Shown one piece after another: positions 59,396 through 64,000 of a stretch of DNA of 64,000 bases (position 1 is the stretch's first letter; every line of letters begins with the position of its first letter). This stretch comes from Trichormus sp. ATA11-4-KO1 (GTDB lineage: Bacteria > Cyanobacteriota > Cyanobacteriia > Cyanobacteriales > Nostocaceae): positions 64,001 to 128,000 of the forward strand of contig JAHHIM010000006.1 in NCBI GenBank assembly GCA_019358915.1, in the 5' to 3' direction. The position numbers and the translations under genes are program-made. The notes under the pieces were generated by a model. It was not told where the DNA came from. It did no database searches and was given only the letters and a program-made list of their open reading frames with translations.

Positions 59396-59980
59396 ATGGT
59401 CAAACAGGCGACTCTTCAATCGAATAAAATTCCCACGGTTGAAGACGCCAAATTTTCACTTGACAACCATAATGTGCAAAATCAAGTCATTGCTTCCGCT
59501 AAACGGGGCGAGTTTGAGGAAGTCTTTGACGCCACTAAGGTAGATGTACCTACTTGTATTTGTCTAAATTTAGAAGATTTGAAATGTTTTGAAACTGTCG
59601 AGCGTCAGTATGAACACTGGGGTGTAATTTTTCATAATTCCCTAGCAATACAACCATCAAATCCAGCGTTTCCTACCCATTCAGGACTGACAGTATTGAT
59701 GGGTTCACCCAAAGGCGGATTTTTAGAAGCGACATTCTTGCGTCCTGTTAATTGGGTTAGTGTTTTTGTTACCAGTTCGCAGAGGCTGGTTCTTTCCGCT
59801 TACGATCGCGATCGCCAAGTCCTGGCACAAACAATACTTCCCAGCGCCAACCTCGCCAATTCTGACTCAGTATTACCCCCCAATTCCCTCTTATCAATCA
59901 CAGCCAAGAATATCCACTCTGTCACCTTCTGCGCTTTTGATGGTCAATTCACCCTAGATAATTTTCGTTTTTGTATCTAA
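59396..59980 (+). CDS. Hypothetical cyanobacterial protein (beta-rich C-terminal domain)
   Basis: 194-aa ORF with a QYEHWGVIFHN...FTLDNFRF pattern. Confidence 0.75.
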   Translation: MVKQATLQSNKIPTVEDAKFSLDNHNVQNQVIASAKRGEFEEVFDATKVDVPTCICLNLEDLKCFETVERQYEHWGVIFHNSLAIQPSNPAFPTHSGLTVLMGSPKGGFLEATFLRPVNWVSVFVTSSQRLVLSAYDRDRQVLAQTILPSANLANSDSVLPPNSLLSITAKNIHSVTFCAFDGQFTLDNFRFCI

Positions 59981-60078
59981 TCACAACTGGAAAAATTCAG
60001 CGAAAAACTTGCTTTTCCTCGCCCTAGCCCAGTTATTCTTATACATTAGACAATATTGTGATTAGGTAGGTAAACACT

Positions 60079-60846
60079 GTGGCAAAGGCTTCATTTTCTT
60101 GGCAGCAACTGGTCAACCAGATTCCCCACTGGTCACTTTTAGAGTTCAAGACAGGAAGCCCAAAGCAAAGACCTTTCAAGCCTTTCGCTGGACCAGGAGG
60201 CATTCTGGGCTTTTTGACAATTATCGTTGCCATGCTGTTGTGGAACTGGAAACTGCTGTTGGCACTGCTGGTTGGCGTGGGGGTAATGTTGTTAGTCTAC
60301 TCAATGCAGAAATGGGACTGGCAACTATGCTGGTCACAGATGCGGCAATTTTTCAATAGCCCCAACCATCGTTTAGCCTTAGCGGTTGGTAGTGGAGGTA
60401 TCGCTACTGTTAGCACTTACATGGCAGCTGCCATTTGGGTCGACTCCAAAAGTTCTTGGATTGCTACTGGAATTATTTTGCAAGGTTTGGGGACGCTATT
60501 AACTTTAATTTTGTTGATATGGCAAATGGTCAGCTTTTATGGCAACCAGGAAGAAGACAACTTTGAGCGGTTGTTGGTCAATTTAACAGCACAAGACCCC
60601 TTGAAGCGTTTGATAGCCATACGTCAATTAACTAAAATTATCACTAGTAAGCGAATTGATTCCCAGATGCAGCAAGCAGCCGTCCCATGCTTGCAACTAT
60701 TACTAACTCAAGAGAAAGAAGCAGTCATCAGAGATGCAGCTTTAGAAAGTTTGCAAGCCTTGGATTATTTGCCAGTGCAACCATCCAGCAAAATGGCAAC
60801 TTTGATCCCTCTATCTACAAAATCTCAGGTTCGCATTTCTTCCTAA
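60079..60846 (+). CDS. Membrane protein with C-terminal HEAT/armadillo-like repeats
   Basis: Several TM segments; DPLKRLIAIRQL and EAVIRDAALESL. Confidence 0.75.
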   Translation: MAKASFSWQQLVNQIPHWSLLEFKTGSPKQRPFKPFAGPGGILGFLTIIVAMLLWNWKLLLALLVGVGVMLLVYSMQKWDWQLCWSQMRQFFNSPNHRLALAVGSGGIATVSTYMAAAIWVDSKSSWIATGIILQGLGTLLTLILLIWQMVSFYGNQEEDNFERLLVNLTAQDPLKRLIAIRQLTKIITSKRIDSQMQQAAVPCLQLLLTQEKEAVIRDAALESLQALDYLPVQPSSKMATLIPLSTKSQVRISS

Positions 60847-60876
60847 TAAGCGGGCGAATTTGTATTTATTGAGATG

Positions 60877-61632
60877 CTAATGACTATGAACTCTTGGTGA
60901 TTGTCGATCAATTCGTCCATTGCGGACTTGCACTACTGGATGATTGCACCGACGCACTAGTTGTTCATCATGGGTAGTCACAATGACTGTTGCCCCAAAG
61001 GTATTTAACTTTTGGAGAATCTGCATTACTTGCCACGAATTATCTGGATCGAGGTTGCCTGTTGGCTCATCTGCCAAAATTAAAGGTGGTGTTCCCACGA
61101 TCGCCCGCGCAATACTTACGCGCTGTTGTTCTCCCCCAGACAATTGATCAGGAAAACAGTCGGCTTTAGACAGTAAACCTACTAGCTTCAAAGTTGGTTC
61201 TAAACGCCGTTGAATTTCCTTGCGGGTATACCCTTGAGCTTGCAGGACAAAAGTGACATTTTCTGCCACTGTGCGCTGGGGAATGAGTTTGTAATCTTGA
61301 AATACAATACCAATGCGTCGCCGCAATAATGACAAGCGATCGCCTCGCAAGGTTTTCACATTGCAGTCATCAACAATCACCTCGCCCTGTGTGGGTAGCT
61401 CTTCACCATATAACAGTTTTAAAAGAGTTGATTTACCAGAACCACTTGGCCCTGTGATAAACAGGAATTCTTTATGTTTAACCTCTAGACTCACATCCAA
61501 CAAAGCATGACAGCCATTAGTATAGGTTTTTGTGATGGAGTGTAATTGCACCATGGCATTAGCACCACGGCTGTGTTGTTGAGTTTTACTATCCTCTGTT
61601 TCAGTAGTTCTGGGAGTTATTAATACTGGCAT
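60877..61632 (-). CDS. ftsE: Cell division ATP-binding protein FtsE
   Basis: [32 protein letters not shown] and [10 protein letters not shown] motifs. Confidence 0.93.
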   Translation of the reverse strand: MPVLITPRTTETEDSKTQQHSRGANAMVQLHSITKTYTNGCHALLDVSLEVKHKEFLFITGPSGSGKSTLLKLLYGEELPTQGEVIVDDCNVKTLRGDRLSLLRRRIGIVFQDYKLIPQRTVAENVTFVLQAQGYTRKEIQRRLEPTLKLVGLLSKADCFPDQLSGGEQQRVSIARAIVGTPPLILADEPTGNLDPDNSWQVMQILQKLNTFGATVIVTTHDEQLVRRCNHPVVQVRNGRIDRQSPRVHSH

Positions 61633-61811
61633 TGCTAGACTTTCCTCACATCCTCAATCACATAGTGGGAAGTTGGCGATTTGAAATTCACCTTAAAACA
61701 AGGATTCCCAGGCAGTACCAGGGAATCTCAAATCTCAAGTCCAAAAATGAAAATTTTTTGAAGCTCTGAATATTTAGTAAGTAATAACACTCAGAAAGGA
61801 AGCACTCAGCA

Positions 61812-62615
61812 CTAAATAGCACCCCTAACAGTCAACCGATAAACAAAGGCTTTAACCGCAAACTCTGGCAAAGCCAACATCCGCCGCCAACGCCAGGGTT
61901 CTTGATAAAGCCGATACAGCCATTCCAAGTTATTATTTGCTAACCAAGCAGGAGCGCGAGTTTTTGTCCCCGACCAAATATCAAAACTGCCACCAACACC
62001 AATCCAAATCGCTTGGGGGCACAAATGGCGATTTTGGGCAATCCATAATTCTTGCCGTGGTACTCCCAAACCCACAAAAATCACTTGTGGCTGTAATTGA
62101 GCAAGTGTTTGTTTTAATTGCTCTTCTTCTTCTGGGGTATGGTAGCCGGAGTTAGTACCTGCTAGGTTCAAACTAGGGATTTGTTGCTGCCAAAACTCTG
62201 CTGCTTTTGCCGCGACTCCCGGCGCTCCCCCATAAAAGAATATTCTGGCATCTGTCTGCTGCCCAAGGTATTGCAATAAGGTTTCTGCTAGCTCAATCCC
62301 CGGACAACGTTGCACTTTTTGCCAGCAAAGCCACCGCAAATACAGAACTACCCCTGCGCCATCTGGAATCACTAACTCGGCATTTTGAATTACTTGAGCG
62401 AGGGAACTATTTCGTTCTGCCTGCATAGTCATTTCTGCATTGAGCGTGACTACATGAGTACCTTTGCTGTGTTGCAGGCATTCTCGCAACCAGCCTGGAT
62501 AGTTACTCATAACATGAACTGGTATTCCCAGTACTGAAAACACTTTAGGCTGTTTAGACATGGCCTTATTCTTGATTAGACTCGCACCAAATTCCCTCGA
62601 ACGATAGTCTATCAA
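61812..62615 (-). CDS. WecB/TagA/CpsF family glycosyltransferase
   Basis: VTLNAE, PDGAG, VGLGVPRQE, GVGGSFD, RAP and LEWLYRL motifs; start probably MSKQPK. Confidence 0.93.
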   Translation of the reverse strand: MIDYRSREFGASLIKNKAMSKQPKVFSVLGIPVHVMSNYPGWLRECLQHSKGTHVVTLNAEMTMQAERNSSLAQVIQNAELVIPDGAGVVLYLRWLCWQKVQRCPGIELAETLLQYLGQQTDARIFFYGGAPGVAAKAAEFWQQQIPSLNLAGTNSGYHTPEEEEQLKQTLAQLQPQVIFVGLGVPRQELWIAQNRHLCPQAIWIGVGGSFDIWSGTKTRAPAWLANNNLEWLYRLYQEPWRWRRMLALPEFAVKAFVYRLTVRGAI

Positions 62616-63086
62616 ATTTTTTAATAGGTTGTCTGTGGAAAATTTAGCTAATTGGCAGGGGAAAACTAGGTAAATTACCTACCTTATATGATTGCTTTGT
62701 TTACAATGCGACCGTATACTGAAAAATGAATATATAAAAATATCTTATTATTTATCAATAAGTATTTATCAGCGATTTTTGACAAATTTCTGGCAACACA
62801 AACTAAAAAGTATGGGGTTGAGCTAGGGTTATCTCATATTGTAAGTTCACACACCTGCCACAATAGAAATCAGAATTCAGTAAATTGGCACTATAAAAAG
62901 TGCTTCCTGCCTAAGTGCTAAGTAAAAATACTAGTCTTTAGCGTCTTTTTCATATTTGGGGTAAATGCCCACTAATTTTATTATTGAAGTGTTTTGTACA
63001 AATGACTTTAAACTGCATTTTCTATATAAGACTTTTGAATGAACTCAATTTTAAAGTTAAGGTAATGTAACTTGCGGAAGCTGACT

Positions 63087-63806
63087 ATGAGTAAAATTCG
63101 GATTGCTCTGATTGAAGATCACGACCTTACCCGTGTAGGTATTCGGACAGCTTTACTACAAAAGGAAGAAATTGAAGTTGTAGGAGAAGCTGCTAATGCG
63201 GCAGAAGGTCTGAAAATGTTAAAAAAGCTACAACCAGATATTGCGATTGTAGATATTGGTTTACCAGATAAGGATGGTATTGAACTGACACGGGAATTGA
63301 AAGCTCTCACTAATGGTGGAGATTCATCAACAAAGGTGTTAATTTTAACACTTCAGGATAATAAAGAAGCCGTGCTAGCAGCTTTTGCAGCTGGGGCAGA
63401 CTCTTACTGTATGAAAGATATCAAGTTTGATAATTTACTGGAAGCCGTGCGAGTAACTTACAATGGCAACGCTTGGATCGATCCAGCGATCGCACGCATT
63501 GTATTACAACAAGCCCAACAAAATCCCTCTAAACTAGAAACGGTTGCCGCAGACCAAAAAAATCCTTCCCAGAACTTAGAATCTGAGGAGGATTTGGAAA
63601 TGATAGACTCTTACACCCTGACAGAGAGGGAATTAGAAGTGTTACAGTTAATCGTCGAGGGTTGTAGCAATGCAGTTATTGCCGAACGCCTATACATCAC
63701 AGTCGGAACTGTGAAAACACACGTCCGGAATATTTTGAATAAGCTATGCGCCGATGACCGTACCCAAGCAGCCGTACGCGCCTTGCGTTCTGGATTAGTG
63801 GGATAA
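63087..63806 (+). CDS. NarL/LuxR-family response regulator
   Basis: LIEDHD and IVDIGLP receiver motifs; LTERELEVL...TVKTHVRNILNKL HTH. Confidence 0.95.
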   Translation: MSKIRIALIEDHDLTRVGIRTALLQKEEIEVVGEAANAAEGLKMLKKLQPDIAIVDIGLPDKDGIELTRELKALTNGGDSSTKVLILTLQDNKEAVLAAFAAGADSYCMKDIKFDNLLEAVRVTYNGNAWIDPAIARIVLQQAQQNPSKLETVAADQKNPSQNLESEEDLEMIDSYTLTERELEVLQLIVEGCSNAVIAERLYITVGTVKTHVRNILNKLCADDRTQAAVRALRSGLVG

Positions 63807-64000
63807 ACTTTTGTATTTACTTGAGCAAACACCAGGAAGTTGAAAGCTTTAAGTAAATTTATCCGTTCAAAATGGGTAACTTATCTTTAAGGATTACTTT
63901 TTAATCTTTTAGTTATCGGGTGAGATAAAAATTGCACTATCTCGCTATTTAATTATCAAAAATTTTAAAGTCAATATGACTGAGACAGAGATAGGCAAAC

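Noticed and set aside
63977..64000. Start of a further ORF (MTETEIGK)
   Set aside because: It is cut off by the window end and too short to assign.

Overview
A 64-kb chromosomal segment from a heterocyst-forming (Nostoc/Anabaena-like) cyanobacterium. This assignment rests on abundant HIP1 GCGATCGC octamers, heptamer STRR arrays, small MITE-like elements and a cysE(nifP)-nifV-nifZ-nifT cluster. Most of the window is housekeeping genes (trpG/pabA, acs, ddl, cdv3-coaD, lgt, cobM, rexT-trxA2, moeB, hisZ, suhB, fed2, tRNA-Ser(GGA), ftsE, a TagA/WecB glycosyltransferase), plus a hybrid kinase/CheR/CheB module. The strongest candidate for an undescribed system is an ~11-kb minus-strand block (41358-52526). 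It encodes a sigma-70-like protein, DUF1822, a CHAT protease-TM-periplasmic ligand-binding receptor, an atypical response regulator, membrane and TPR proteins and a vWA/substrate-binding protein. Three of its upstream regions share a fixed-spacing promoter cassette (HLR1-like direct repeat plus a CCGATA box). Also notable: a highly structured intergenic RNA candidate at ~17.3-17.64 kb; STRR repeats that write identical C-termini (VLSAEC*) onto unrelated proteins, including a RexT that lacks the expected Cys105; CnfR-type GTGAGTACA motifs upstream of nifP; two unannotated small ORFs; a truncated HEPN toxin; a nonsense-broken receiver gene; and a two-gene module beside the tRNA. No CRISPR array, integrase, transposase or reverse transcriptase was seen. 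All calls come from reading the sequence; no database searches were run.
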